A DNA stretch of 64,000 nucleotides from Heterodontus francisci (taxonomy: Eukaryota), in contig NC_090380.1 in NCBI RefSeq assembly GCF_036365525.1, positions 96,247,942 to 96,311,941 on the forward strand, in the 5' to 3' direction. Shown here one piece after another: positions 51,814 to 64,000 of the stretch. The position numbers were made by a program, and so were the translations under genes. Position 1 is the first letter of the stretch. Every line of letters starts with the position of its first letter. The notes under the pieces were generated by a model. The model was not told the origin of the DNA, made no database searches, and was given only the letters and a program-made list of their open reading frames with translations.

Positions 51814-52648
51814 CTGGTGTGCAGCAAAGTTAGACTCAAACCAAAGAAGCTACATCACCCCAAGCAGAAGGGCCACCTGCGCATCAACACTAACAGAATT
51901 TCTTATCCACAGCTGTTACATAAGTTTCTAAATTCACTTGAAAAAGCCCTTCAAAACACTCCTGCAGGGGATGCAGAGACCAAGTGGGCCCACATCAGAG
52001 ACGCCATCTATGACTCAGCAATAACCACCTTTGGCAAACGTGAGAAACAGAATGCAGACTAGTTTCAATCTCATAATGAAGAGCTGGAACCTGTCATAGC
52101 CGCCAAACGCATAGCACTGTTGAACTACAAGAAAGCCCCCAGCGAGTTAACATCCATAGCACTTGAAGTAGCCAGAGGCGCTGCACAAAGAACAGCCAGG
52201 CGCTGTGCAAATGACTACTGGCAACACCTATGCAGTCGTATTCAGCTGGCCTCCGACACCAGAAACATCAGAGGAATGTATGATGGCATTAAGAGAGCTT
52301 TTGGGCCAACCATCAAGAAGATCGCCCCCCTCAAGTCTAAATCAGGGGACACGACCACTGACCAATGCAAACAAATGGAACGATGGGTGGAGCACTACCT
52401 AGAACTGTACTCCAGGGAAAATGTTGTCACTGATACCACCCTCAATACAGCCCAGTCTCTGCCAGTCATGGATGAGTTGGACGAACAGCCAACAAAATCG
52501 GAACTTAGTGATGCCATTGATTCTCTAGCCTGTGGAAAAGCCCCGGAAAGGATGGCATTACCCCTGAAATAATAAAGTGTGCCAAGCCTACTATACTCTC
52601 AGCATTCCATGAACTGCTTTGCCTGTGCTGGGATGAGGGAGCAGTACC
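51814..52648 (+). mobile_element. Internal RTE fragment inside the LTR element (antisense to it)
   Basis: Homologous to ~46138-45302 of the full-length RTE; lacks 5' end, 3' tail and TSD. Confidence 0.9.
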
Positions 52649-52946
52649 TGAATTTTTTGCTCTCCCAGGGAGCCTTTGACAGACAAAAAAAAAATCAATC
52701 CTTTAATGACTTCAAGGCTTCTCTTTTTTTAAAAAATGGGGATTCCTCTACCAACAGCAGACTGACTCACCAGATCACAGTAATTACTTTTCAGCCTGTC
52801 TTTTAGCTCTGTCCTCTGCACCTGTAGGTGAGTTCCTTTTTCTTCTTTACACTGAGCCAATATTTCTTTTAACTTTCTTTTAGCTGTAGGTAGTCTTTAA
52901 AGCTGTTTTCCTGTGGTCTTCAATCTTGTATCTTGTCTTCTCACAA

Positions 52947-52958
52947 CTGCTGCCACCA
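52947..52958 (-). promoter_or_regulatory. Primer-binding site (tRNA-Leu type)
   Basis: TGGTGGCAGCAG directly after the 5' LTR; the complement of the vertebrate tRNA-Leu(AAG/TAG) 3' end is TGGTGGCAGCGG. Confidence 0.75.
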
Positions 52959-53220
52959 TGTAGTGAGAAGCTTTTTATGTTGTCTGATGCAACATCAATG
53001 CGATGCATGGAGTTCAGTTGATTGAAGATCTCAAACAGGTTTATTAAACAGCTGAACTATTATATACAGTGCAGAGCCATCTATTTACAAAAGCTGCCTC
53101 TAGGTGTTACAGTAGCAGAGTGAGACTGGCATGTATTTCACATGACTGCATCCTGGTACTCAGCTCATTAGCGTACTAAGATCTTAAAGGGATATCAATC
53201 TTAAAGGCAATAACACTACA
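52959..53220 (-). repeat. 5' LTR
   Basis: Direct repeat of 49131-49390; followed on the plus strand by TSD GGAGC. Confidence 0.92.
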
Positions 53221-55899
53221 GGAGCTGTCTGAAAAACGATCATACAAGATCATTAAAGGTACGGAAGAAATTAGCCTAGATTATTCCTTTAAATTTAAAC
53301 TGTGGGAGTTGAACTAGAGGATATGGGTTCAAACTAGTAAATGGTAGTTGTAGGACTGATATCAGGAAATTCTCTGTCTCATGAAGAGTGATCAACTGAG
53401 GGAGTGAACTACCTTTAGGCAAAAAACTCTCAAATAATTTCAGGAACAACAGGATGCTAACACTTGGGGTATGTGGGGAGGTGTTAAGATCTCTGTGGAT
53501 GGATGGATTAAGGTGGGATGCATGACCTTTCTCACCCAAACGTATCTTGTGAATAGTCACTCAAGTAACAACTTTCTAATAATTGATCTGGCAATTGTAT
53601 TATATTGTCTGTCCTCCTGTGTAGAGTGTTGCAATGATGAGTGCCTAATGTAAGGATCAGGTCTTGCTAAACGCCAACCAAGAAGACTCCTCAGAGAAGG
53701 TGATATATCCCCCCAAAAAGCCAACAACTCAAAAAGAAATTGACTGCTCAGAAATGTAACCCTACAAATAGGGCCATTGCTTTAGAAGTGCCTCAGTAAG
53801 TTTTCTTTTATACTCTTCCTTATGCTATTAAATATTACTCCTGCTCATACATATGTTCACTATGTAAGACAGAAAAATTATATTTCTTTGTTTTAAAATT
53901 AGCTAAGTTCTACTTCAACAGAAACATATGATGCTGGCTGGTGATCCAAAGCTGATGCTGTAACCAATAACCACCATAGCAATGCTGGTGAGCCTTGCAG
54001 TAGGAGGAACACTTATCTGAATAATGCAACTTAATAATGGACTAATTCTTGTGTATCTTTAGATATTATCATCATTTGAATGTTCCAACGTGTGAAAGAA
54101 CTGTAAAGAATTAAGCAGTTTAGTAAGAGGTAAACTAAAACTAACCAACATAAAAAGGAGTTTGGGTTTAATTGTTGAGAGGCCACAATACCTCATCCAG
54201 TTAATTCCAAAAGACGATTGGGCTATGTCTCTCATGTGCTTATGTGCTTGACAAGCCAAAATTATGGGGGACCCTGGTCTTTGCTCTGAACTACCTGCAA
54301 CTCAACATCAATCTCCTACTTCCCCATTTAATCTCCACATACAAATACCCCAAACCACAAAAGGTAATTGAGGAAATTCACTGGGGTAGTTATTCATTCA
54401 CACATCTCTGCTATTCAACTCTGCTTTGGTCCAGACATTTTTTCCCAGCACAGGAACCTGTATAAAGTTGGCAGAACCCAAACACTGGCTAAGTCAGCGA
54501 TGGTAAAGCATGCCTCTTTGGTATTGTATTACTCCTATGGAGACATTAGGAAGCTGATATAGAATAATCTGGCACTGAATTATTCCTATGGGGACATTAA
54601 GATATAAAGGAAATATTTGCTGCCAGGAATACAGTAAAATGTACCCAAGGGTACCTCTTTCTGAGCAAAGTAGTTGTGACTGAAGAAATGACTCTGGACG
54701 GTGCTGATTGACTCATGATTTCAGTGTGTCTACTTTACATATAGCCATCATTTGCTTAGGAACAGTGGCCATTTTGTTCTCTCCTCTTTCATACTCAATG
54801 ATAAGATGATATGTCACATAGATAAGTACAGACAATGGAGAGCATTTAGCCTATCTAGCTCATGGAGATGACAAAAGCAATTTAAATAGCAACTTTGACG
54901 TAGAAAAATATCCCTTTAACATTGAAAAACAGATGTAATCAGAAAGAAAATGGACACCAAGACAAAGCTGAAGCTATTTGAAGTGCTGGAATGGTCTTAA
55001 AGGAAAAGAGGGAGGTGAAGGGGTTTAGGAAGGAAATTCCAGAGTGTGGGGCAAAGATGCCTGCAGGCATGACTGCCAGTGCTGGTGCGATAGCAGGGAA
55101 GGGCTGCACAATAGGGTGAAATTGGAGCAACGGAGATTATTGGGAACTAGTGGAGGGCTAGAGGAGGTTACAGAGATAAGGAGAAGCAAATCCATGGAAG
55201 GATTTAAACACAAGGATGAGAGTTTTAAATTGAAGGTTTTGGGGGACTGGTGGAATTTTACTGGCCCCTTGGTGACAGGCTTAGAGATGGTGCGTGGTGC
55301 CATTAAAATGTTGGGGGACTGTGTCGGAGCCGATCCCCATCGTCTTCCAAGTTTCCCGGGATGGTTGGGCAGTGGGATTGCAGGATGGGCAGGTAATTGA
55401 GGCTGTTAAGCAGCCAAATTGAGAGCAATTTTGCAGTACTTTTTAAATTTTCCATGAGGAGTATCGGCAGCTTGCCTGTTAAAAGGAGGTGAGAGCTTAT
55501 TGGCAGGTGAGTGTCAGCTGGAAGTGACAGCCATTGAGTAAAGCTGCATTGTCAGGCTCAGGTTCTGGTAAGCAAAGGTTTGGACATTTGCAGGGATTGC
55601 AGAGTGTGAGGCCAGGGAGGCAGGTAGTTAGTGGAAGCGTGTTCTCCAGGTCCACTGCAGCAGGTGCAGACAGCACTAGGGGGTTGAGAGGTATTGCACC
55701 GTGAAGGCTCCGAATCTCAATGTGTGCTCTGCATTCTCAGTTTGACTCCTCCAACGAGGAAGAGAGTGGGAGAGAGAGACTGCACCAGCCACATGGAGTG
55801 GGGCTGCAGTGGCCAGAGGAGCACCAGCACCATGAAACTGTGACGAGATGCAGACAATGAGGGTGCATATGGCAATAAGGCAGGCCAATGTTCGCAGAA

Positions 55900-57110
55900 G
55901 ACACTCCCCAGCTGAAAGGGTTTGCAGATGAAGGCTTAGCTTCATGGAGATGTCGGAGCATCAGCGTCTGCGAAGATTGCATCTGTCCAGGCAGGTGGGA
56001 TCAGAGCTGTGCGGAATGCTGGAGGAAGAGTTGAAGCCACTAGGATGTGGTGAGCAGCCTTGCCTGTGGCAGTGAAGGTTACCGTGGCGCTCGACATTTT
56101 CGCTACAGTGTCCTTCCAGGAATTGTCTGGAGACATATGTGGAAAAACCTTTTCATGCAGCGAATGGTTAAAGTCTGGAATGTGCTGCCTGAAAGTGTGG
56201 TGTAGGCAGGTTCAATTGAAGCATTTGAAAGCGAATTAGACTGTTGTATGAAAAGGAAGAATGTGCAGGGTTATGGGGAGAAGGCAGGGGAGTGGCACTA
56301 GGTGAATTGATCATTCGGAGAGCCGGTGCAGACTAGACGGACCAAATGGCCTCCTTCTGCGCTGTAAGAATTCTGTGATTCTGTGATTCTATGTGGTATC
56401 TCTCAGTCATCACTGTATCAAGCAGGTGATGGATGCCATGTACCAGAGGACAGAGCAATACATCAGGGATTGTACCGATCAGGCTAGTCAGGTTGAGAGT
56501 GCAATTAGATTTGGGGCCATGGCTGGATTCCCTCAGGTGCAGGGGGTAAATGACTGCATGCATGAGGCCATCCAGGCTCCTTCAGAGCAGTCAGGTTCCT
56601 TTGTGAACAGGAAGGGGTTCAACCCACTGAATGGCAGTCTATGACTGCCGCAAAATCCTGGGAAGCTTGTACATCCTGAGACAGTACCAGGTGCCTTAGC
56701 TGTTCAGGCCACCCAAACGCCGTTGTGAATGAATGGGTGACAAGGGGTATTCACTAAAGATATGGCTGGTTATACCTGTGCAGAACTCCAGAACAGCCAG
56801 AGGAAACCTGCAACTGCTGCCATGTAACTACAAGGACGACCATTGAGCAAGCCTTGAGCAAACATTTTGAAAATGAGCTTCTCCCAAATTGTGGTGGTAT
56901 GTTGTGCACTGCATAACCTGATGCTCCAGAGGGGAGTTGCATTGGAGACGGACGCCCACGTTGAGTGTGCCACCTCCTCCTGCAATGAGGACGACGTGGA
57001 GGTGCTTTGAGACCAGGCGGCCAATGGAAATGCACCCCTGATTCCGATATCTTTGGGCATTGACAACGTGCCACGGAGACACGTGACTCACTCATAAGCA
57101 CACATTTCTC
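55900..57110 (+). pseudogene. Harbinger DDE nuclease (HARBI1-like) remnant
   Basis: ALPVAVKVTVALDIFATVSFQELSGDICG|ISQS..CIKQVMDAM..AGFPQVQGVNDCMH..FVNRKGF; split by a CR1 tail (56143-56390) with ATGTGG duplicated. Confidence 0.8.
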
Positions 57111-57974
57111 TGAGATTCCATTAAACGCCTCTGGAAATGATTCAGCCTTGGTGGCCTTTCATTAAATACCCTTACCATTTCATTGGCCCCGCCATTACAT
57201 AATTCCAAAGGATGCATTCACCATTGGTCCTCATTCTGTGTGCACCTTTTCATGCCCTCCACCTCAAATGCTTGTCATCTGATAATGACCCACGAGTGCA
57301 GAAATGAACAGATGAGCCATTAAAGTATGCATTATAAGAACTTTAAAGTTGCACAAAGATCTAACACTGTGGCATTCAGCAAATAAATATCATCCAGTGA
57401 GACCCCAAGTGCTACTAGGTGCATTGACGTGAGTGCTTCTGGGTGCTCCTATGTGGTGCTGTCCCAGCGCCTGTAGTTGGCGTGGAGGCAGGCTGCTGCC
57501 TTTTCTACTCCAGTGCGTGAGATGGCTGCAGCGGGCTGCCTTTGGGTACCTGAGCTCTAGAGGGTTCTGGCACATTCGGAGCCACCTGCATCCATGCAGG
57601 GGCCACCTCTGTCATCAGGGCTGCATGCAGCATTTGTGTCACCATCAAAGGGGATGAAATTCCACCGTAAATGCAAAGAACGCCTTGAAAAGAGCTCCCA
57701 ACAGCTTCAGGCAGCCGCTGCTCGACCCTTTCAAGGTTCACCTGCGCTTCCTGCTTACCTGGAGTGGTTCAACACCTGCAACGGGTCCATGCTTCTTGTG
57801 CCATCTTGCCTACCTATTGCTCAACACAGCTCATGGATGTGGCCATACAGTGAAGATCGATGTACACCTCCTTCATCAACTCAGTGGGATGCTGCATGTG
57901 GCGCTCCATGAGGATTGCCACTTTCTCAACTGAGGAGGTCATGCACTTACACACAGAGACACGGCTCCACTTAT

Positions 57975-58385
57975 TGGAGATGGTGGCTTAGTGGTAATGT
58001 CACTGAACTAGAAATCCAGAGGCCTAGGCTAATGTCCTGGGGACATGGGTTCAAATCCCACCATGGCAGCTGGTGGAATTTAAATTCAAATCATAAATTC
58101 AATTACTAAAAATCTAGATTTAAAAGCTGGGCTCAGTAATGGTGACCATGAAACTATCACTCATTGTCGTAAAAACCCATCAGGTTCCCTAATATCCTTT
58201 AAGCAAGGAAATCTGCTGTCCTTATCTGGCCTGGCCTACATGTGACTCCAGACTCACAGCAATGTGGTTGACTCTGAACTGCCCTCTGAAATGACCTAGC
58301 AAGCCACTCAGTTGTCATGAGCAATTAGGGATGGGTAACAAGTGCTGGCCTTGCCAGCAATGCCCACATCCCATGAAAGAATAAA
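57975..58385 (+). mobile_element. tRNA-derived SINE with CR1/L2-group LINE tail
   Basis: gtggcttagtgg (A-box-like), ggttcaaatccc (B box); tail matches the 3335 LINE. Confidence 0.8.
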
Positions 58386-59159
58386 ACAAAATCATGGCGT
58401 GGATGGACTTTTTCATTGAGTGCGCATGGGAGCGAACAGCTTCTGGGAACTCTGACAGATATCCATACATTTCACACTGTTGCTCCAGCATCTGCCACTT
58501 TGCTGGTGACTTCTGAGGCTCACCATCTGCGGGAAACTGAGCACCACCTTTCATTAATCCTCTGATGGGGACTGGCCTCAGCTGTCACTGCCTCCGTCAT
58601 TTATTCATGTGCATCTGTGCAGTTCTCAGTAGCTGGTGCCATCCTTTCCAAATGTGCGTCAATACCCGCCGATGTGAGAGTATCTGCACTGGATTGAGGT
58701 GACACTGTCTCCTCACATGGTGGATCTTCCTCCAAAGTCTCATGTGGTCCCGAAGCCGTTGTTGGTGCCTCGTCCGCAAATGGATCTGCAGCAGAGACAA
58801 GAGTGATGTTAATGAATTGCTCTTTCAACCAATTCCTTCTCCCTGCCCGTGATATGGAGCTTCCTGTGTTCATCAAGGCCCAAAGAGGCACCACAGCTAA
58901 TACTCTTCAGAAGGTTTGATGCTCGCTTCCATCCCTTTACTCACTCTCGCTGGGCTCCACACCCACTAGGTCCTCAGTGGCAGGTTGCCCTGCTGCAACC
59001 CATCCTATCTCCATAGCCACATCCTCCATCGCCATCACTACAGCAACGAAGGGTACTCACCTTCTGTTCTTCTCCACTCCCTAGCATTGTGAGTGTGCTT
59101 CTCCTGCAATGACAGACATACAGTGTCACTTTTGTTTTATCGCCCAGCTGTGCTCATCC

Positions 59160-59450
59160 ATAGAAATGGAGAAACATAGAAAAATAGGAGCAGGAGTAGG
59201 CCATTTGGCCCTTTGAGCCTGCTCCACCATTCAATACGATCATGGCTGATCATCCAAACTCAGTAACCTGTTCCCGCTTTCTCCCCATATCCCTTGATCC
59301 CATTCGCCCTAAGAACTATATCTAACTCTTTCTTGAATATATTTAATGATTTGGTATCAACTGCTTTCCGTGGTAGAGAATTCCACAGCTTCACCACTCT
59401 CTGGGTGAAGAAATCTCTCCTCATCTCAGTCCTAAATGGCTTACCCCTTA
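59160..59450 (-). mobile_element. CR1 3' end fragment
   Basis: catagaaa tail repeats and ggagcaggagtaggccatttggccc. Confidence 0.75.
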
Positions 59451-59789
59451 TTTAGATTTAGAGATACAGCACTGAAACAGGCCCTTCGGCCCACCGAGTC
59501 TGTGCCGACCATTAACCACCCATGTTATACTAATCCTACATTCCTACCACATCCTCACCTGTCCCTATATTCCCCTACCACCTACCTATACTAGGGGAAA
59601 TTTATAATGGCCAATTTACCTATAAACCTGCAAGTCTTTTGGCTGTGGGAGGAAACCGGAGCACCCGGAGGAAACCCACGCAGACACAGGGAGAACTTGC
59701 AAACTCCACACAGGCAGTACCCAGAATTGAACCCGGGTCGCTGGAGCTGTGAGGCTGCGGTGCTAACCACTGCGCCATTGTGCCACCCC
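59451..59789 (-). mobile_element. HE1-type V-SINE
   Basis: Reverse complement of 39863-40195. Confidence 0.85.
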
Positions 59790-59989
59790 TTCGACTGTGC
59801 AGCTTTGTACCACTGGAAGGCCTGCTACAAGCGGCCGTTCATTCTTGGCAATGCTGTGATCAACGCTGACTGACCTCCGGTGTGATGCAACTCTGTGGCC
59901 CAATGTGGACGCTGCTTCCTGGTCATTCCTGATGCATTGGTTGGGCACCTCACCTCACATGCAGGGCTGTAAACTTGCAATTATGAATG

Positions 59990-60220
59990 CCAGTCACCTT
60001 GCCAGGCCAAAGCAGGACATTGAATCACCTCCTGTACTGCACCCATGTTTCAATAACCACCCCGCGGCTGCTGACTTCCTCAGCCAGCTCCAGTCATGCC
60101 TTCTTGCTAACCTTCTCCGCATGTCCACTGGGACCAGCACCTCTCTCGGTTCACCTGCAAAAGCACTTCCTGGGAGGCATCACTGAATTGTGAATGCACC
60201 CTTCCTCCAACACCAGCCAT
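59990..60220 (-). pseudogene. Harbinger Myb/SANT-like DNA-binding protein remnant (first exon)
   Basis: MAGVGGRVHSQFSDASQEVLLQV..EVLVP..LELAEEVSSRG..QYRR*FNVL followed by aag|gtgac; further low-complexity exon remnants at ~57400-59110. Confidence 0.6.
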
Positions 60221-61559
60221 TCCTTCACAGGGTCTCTTGTTCTGCACCCCTTCCAATGCCCGCTGGGGGGGGAATGTTATGCTCTTCCCCCATGGCAACT
60301 TTGTAGGTAGGGAGAGCATATAATCGGGTGGGATGGTCACCTTCCCGCCTCCACCCAGATTAAGTCCAGGGTAGGAAAGCCTTCCTGCTTCACTACTAAT
60401 TGAGGCCCTTAAGTGGGAAATTAATGCCCAATTAAGGGCCTGATCTTGCCGCCGCTGGTATTCGCCCAGTGGCTGGAAGGCCTGTTACCATTTGAGGAGC
60501 ACGCCAAGAAAACCCATATGTGTTGCTTTCCGGCTGCGGTGGGGGTTGGGGAGTCCCTCGTTAAAAGGATCTTAATGCCTGATCGAGGGACCCAGCATCT
60601 GGAAGGGGGTGCCTGCTGAGAGCCACCTCCTCCCCTTGCTGCCAACCCCCTACCCTCCCCCACCCCACGAAACCCCTCCCTCCTTGACTCACCTGGGTCC
60701 AGCACCTTGGTGAGTCCAGTACTGGCAGAAGTCACCGCCTCCGTGGTGGCGCTGCTCAATTAAAGGACTGCCAGCCTCTGATTGTCCAGCTGCTCTGAGC
60801 AGGCAAGACTTCTGTTGCTGAGGTCCACAATGCCGGGGAAGGCCTGCCACTATCCACTTAAGTGCCTAATTGGCATGTAATGTGGCAGGCCTTCCCCAGA
60901 AGAGGCGACGCAGGGCTCCCGCCAGCATTTTAGCCAGTGGCTGAGACCCCCATCACCAGATAAAATCCCGGCCTACGCGTGCAGCCTGTATCAAGGCAGT
61001 AGACTGGCCTTTAAAAATGAAGCCTTCCATCGACTTGACAGCACTATCTCCCGCCCACTACCCGTTATTGGCCGGCTCCCCTGCCTGACAGATGTCAATT
61101 AGCTACAAATGGGAAGATTGCCAAGAAAGTCCCATCACCCACTCATGAGGCCACGCGACCTGCATAGGACCCCAGCATCATGACTTCCACTCATTTGGCA
61201 AAATCCAGCCCTGTAGGTCAGCAAGAATAGGAATGATGGGTAAGTAGAATTAGGAATGAGTTAAGATACAGGCAGCAGAGTTTTGGAAAAAACTGTTTAC
61301 AGTGTATGGCAGGTGGGAGGCTGGTCAGAGGATTATTGTAATATTTGAGTCTGGAGGTGATAAAGGCACAGGCAAAAGTTTCAGCAGCAAATGGTCAGAG
61401 GTGGATAATGTTATGGAGCTGAAGGTAGGTAGTCTTCATGATAGATTAGTCATGGAGTTGAAAGCTCAGCTCAGGGTCGATTAGAACATAGAGGTTGTGA
61501 ATAGGCTGGTTCAATATGAGGGCGATAGCATTCTTTAAGGTGCAATTCTTTTCACATTT

Positions 61560-62080
61560 CTACATATTGAAATGCATCTCACATCTATATGCCTATTCTG
61601 CTAACTTATCTATGTTCCCATGCAGTAGTTCACAAGTTTCATCAGTTTGTTGTACCCTGTCCAATTTTTGTGTCTTCAGAAAATTTCAATAGTGTATCCT
61701 CAATTCCGTTATGTATACAGTGAATAAGAACAATCCAACACAGACCTCTGTGAACACGATTCATCACATCTCTCTCGTCCCAGGCACTTCATTTCAGCTT
61801 TAGACTTTGCTCTAAAACCAACTCTCTGTGCATGTGGCCTCAATTCCCTTAATTCCATGTGTCACTACCATTGCCATAAGTCTCTTTGAATGCTTTTTGA
61901 AAATCAATGTAAACCGCATTCACTGCATTTTTTAAATCTATTCTATTTGCTACTTCTTCAAAGACCTCTGTAAGGTTGGTCAAACATGAGCTGCCTTTTA
62001 GAAATTTGTGCTGACTTGCCCTATTAAGCAATTTTTTCTCCAAATACTTAGTAATTTAATTCCCTATTATAGATTCTAGA
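61560..62080 (-). mobile_element. Degraded CR1 RT fragment
   Basis: QHKFLKGSSCLTNL..YIDFQKAF motif. Confidence 0.7.
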
Positions 62081-62409
62081 GGACTGAAATTCCTGTGGAG
62101 GACTTTTGGGAGCTTTTCTGGGTCAAGAGGTTACTTCTGCCTGCCCTTGGATGCATCACTAATACCAATGCAAAATTCAGGATCATGTGTATTTGCATAT
62201 TGTGGGTAGGTGCCTTTGCATTTCATGATACTGATGCGGTGTTTACATCAGGTGGAAGTGGGGGATTTTGCTGTGACATTGGGCTGGATTTTACAGTGAG
62301 CTTCGAGTCCCAGCATAAATGATCCATTTGAGCTGCTTGAAGATTCATAAAAAATTTGAATTGCATTCAAGATTTAATTTTTTCAGAGAAAGCAAAATAA
62401 ATAAAGAAT

Positions 62410-63272
62410 AGCATTTCTACAGCACCTTTCACAGCTTCAGGGCATCCCAAAGTGCTTTACAGCCAATGACGTACCTTTGAAATATACTCACTGTTGTAAT
62501 GTAGGAAACACTGCAGCCAATTTTGCACTCAGCAAGCTCCCACAAACAGCAACGTGATAATGACCAGACAGTCTGTTTTAGTGATGTCAGTTGGGGACAC
62601 TGGAGAGAACTCCCCTGCTCTTCTTTGAAATTGCGCCATGGGTTCTTTTACATGACGATCACAAAAATAAGTTGCAGTTATGAGGAAAGATTGGATTGGC
62701 TAGGGTTGTTTTTCTTAGAACGGAGGAGGCTGAGGGGTGACTTAATTGAGGTGTACAAAATTATGAGGGCCTAGATAGAGTAGACCGAAAGGACCTGTTT
62801 CCCCTAGCAGACAGGTCAATTACCAGGGGGCACAGATTTAAGGTGATTGGTAGAAGGATTAGAGGGGACATGAGGAAAAACTTTATCACCCAGAGGGTGG
62901 TGGGTATCTGGAATTCACTGCCAGGAATGGTGGTGGAGGTAGAGGCACTCAATTCTTTTAAAAGGTACCTGGACATGCATCTGAAGTGCTGTAACCTGCA
63001 GGGCTATGGACCAGGTGCTGGAAGGTGGGATTAGATTGGGCGGCTAGTTTTCTCGGTCGGCACGGACACGACAGGCTGAATGGCCTCCTTCTGTGGCGTA
63101 ATTTTTCTGTTGTTCTATGGTTCCATGGACCTGTGAAGGCAGACGGGGCCTCGCTTTAAAGTCTCATCGAAAAACGGCATCTCTGACAGTGCAGCACTCT
63201 CTCAGTAGACTTTAACCCACAGCATTCTCACTCAGTTGGCAAGAGTGCTAACAACTGAGCCATGGCTGACAC
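62410..63272 (-). mobile_element. Deu-domain SINE split by a plus-strand CR1 3' fragment (~62670-63125)
   Basis: SINE halves flank SYEERLD..RRLRGDLIEVYK and a CR1 tail. Confidence 0.7.
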
Positions 63273-63654
63273 AAAAAAGTGACTCTTGACCTTTTATGTT
63301 CTAAGTATGACCTCTCACTGGCTATTTTCTGATAAGTTCAGCTGTTGCTGGTGCTGCTTGCTTTCCTCAAACTGTTCTTCCATTCAAATGAAAATGTCAA
63401 GGACAGCATCTGAGATAAGCAGATGAACCTTAATGAGGGCAAATAAGGCAAAACAAATGTGAGAAAGAAGTAATTTGGAAGCTGGAAATACACCGGGTAA
63501 TGCCCATTGGCACACAAATCATGTAATCTGATTACTTGCTGGTCAGTGCGTCATTACATACTGTTTCAATGTATCTGAGAAACCAATCCCAATCTGAGAG
63601 ATTGGGTGGGACTTCTGTGATTTCTCATTAAAATGGCGGTGGAGTCCTACTTGT

Positions 63655-64000
63655 GTCATAGTATCAGCCATGCTCTCGCATCTGAGTCAGATGGTCCTAC
63701 ATTCATGCCCCATTCCAAAGACTGAGCGTTTTATCCCAGCTGACAGTCCCAGTGCAGTACTGAGGGAGTGCTGTACTGTCTGAGGTGCTGTCTTTCAGAT
63801 GTGATGTTAAACTGAGACCCTGTCCGCCCTCTCAGATGGATACAAAAGTTCCTGTGGCACTATTTCAAAAATGAGCTGGGCATATCTCTTGGTGTCCTGG
63901 CCAATATTAATCCTTCAACCAAGACCTAAAACAGATTATCTGGTCATCATCACATTGTTATTTGTGGGAGCTTGCTGTGCCCAAATTAGCTGTTGTGATT
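63655..64000 (+). mobile_element. Deu-domain SINE (runs off the window end)
   Basis: Matches the 35338-35765 core. Confidence 0.75.

Larger units (their letters stand above)
49131..53220 (-). mobile_element. Non-autonomous Gypsy-type LTR retrotransposon carrying a captured MYC-family segment
   Basis: LTRs 49131-49390 and 52959-53220 (TG..CA, ~91% identical by hand count), TSD GGAGC on both sides, PBS and PPT, Gag zinc-knuckle and protease remnants. Confidence 0.92.
48590..53530 (+). mobile_element. Old CR1 relic (48590-49130 and 53221-53530) hosting the LTR element
   Basis: KFA.., ERDLGILVD and PHLK.. remnants on the left; ggatatgggttcaaactagta (GH.FKL-like) on the right. Confidence 0.6.
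55245..61211. mobile_element. Decayed Harbinger/PIF DNA transposon inserted in an L2 fragment
   Basis: Convergent nuclease (+) and Myb/SANT (-) remnants; right end AAAATCCAGCCC; L2 sequence resumes at 61212. Left end is approximate. Confidence 0.7.

Noticed and set aside
1-64000. CRISPR arrays, rRNA or prokaryotic operons
   Set aside because: No regularly spaced repeat-spacer arrays or such genes; the sequence is vertebrate-type repeat-rich DNA.

Overview
Eukaryotic, repeat-dominated DNA. The repeat content (HE1-type V-SINEs, Deu-domain SINEs, CR1/HER1-type LINEs, Penelope-type repeats) points to a cartilaginous fish (inference). I could not support any host protein-coding exon. Most of the window is a nest of CR1, CR1/L2-group, L2 and RTE LINEs (one RTE is full length with an intact 1063-aa ORF), tRNA-derived SINEs, about eight solo LTRs, a decayed two-gene Harbinger transposon and MITEs. 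The stand-out is a 4.09-kb Gypsy-type LTR element at 49131-53220 (minus strand; paired ~260-bp LTRs, 5-bp TSD GGAGC, tRNA-Leu-type PBS, PPT). In it, the RT-RNaseH-integrase region is replaced by the C-terminal part of a cellular MYC-family gene (HNY motif, NLS-like segment, bHLH-leucine zipper), joined in frame to the retrotransposon protease. This is a decayed, v-myc-like proto-oncogene capture by an LTR retrotransposon. Coordinates of decayed repeats are approximate, and identity figures are hand counts.
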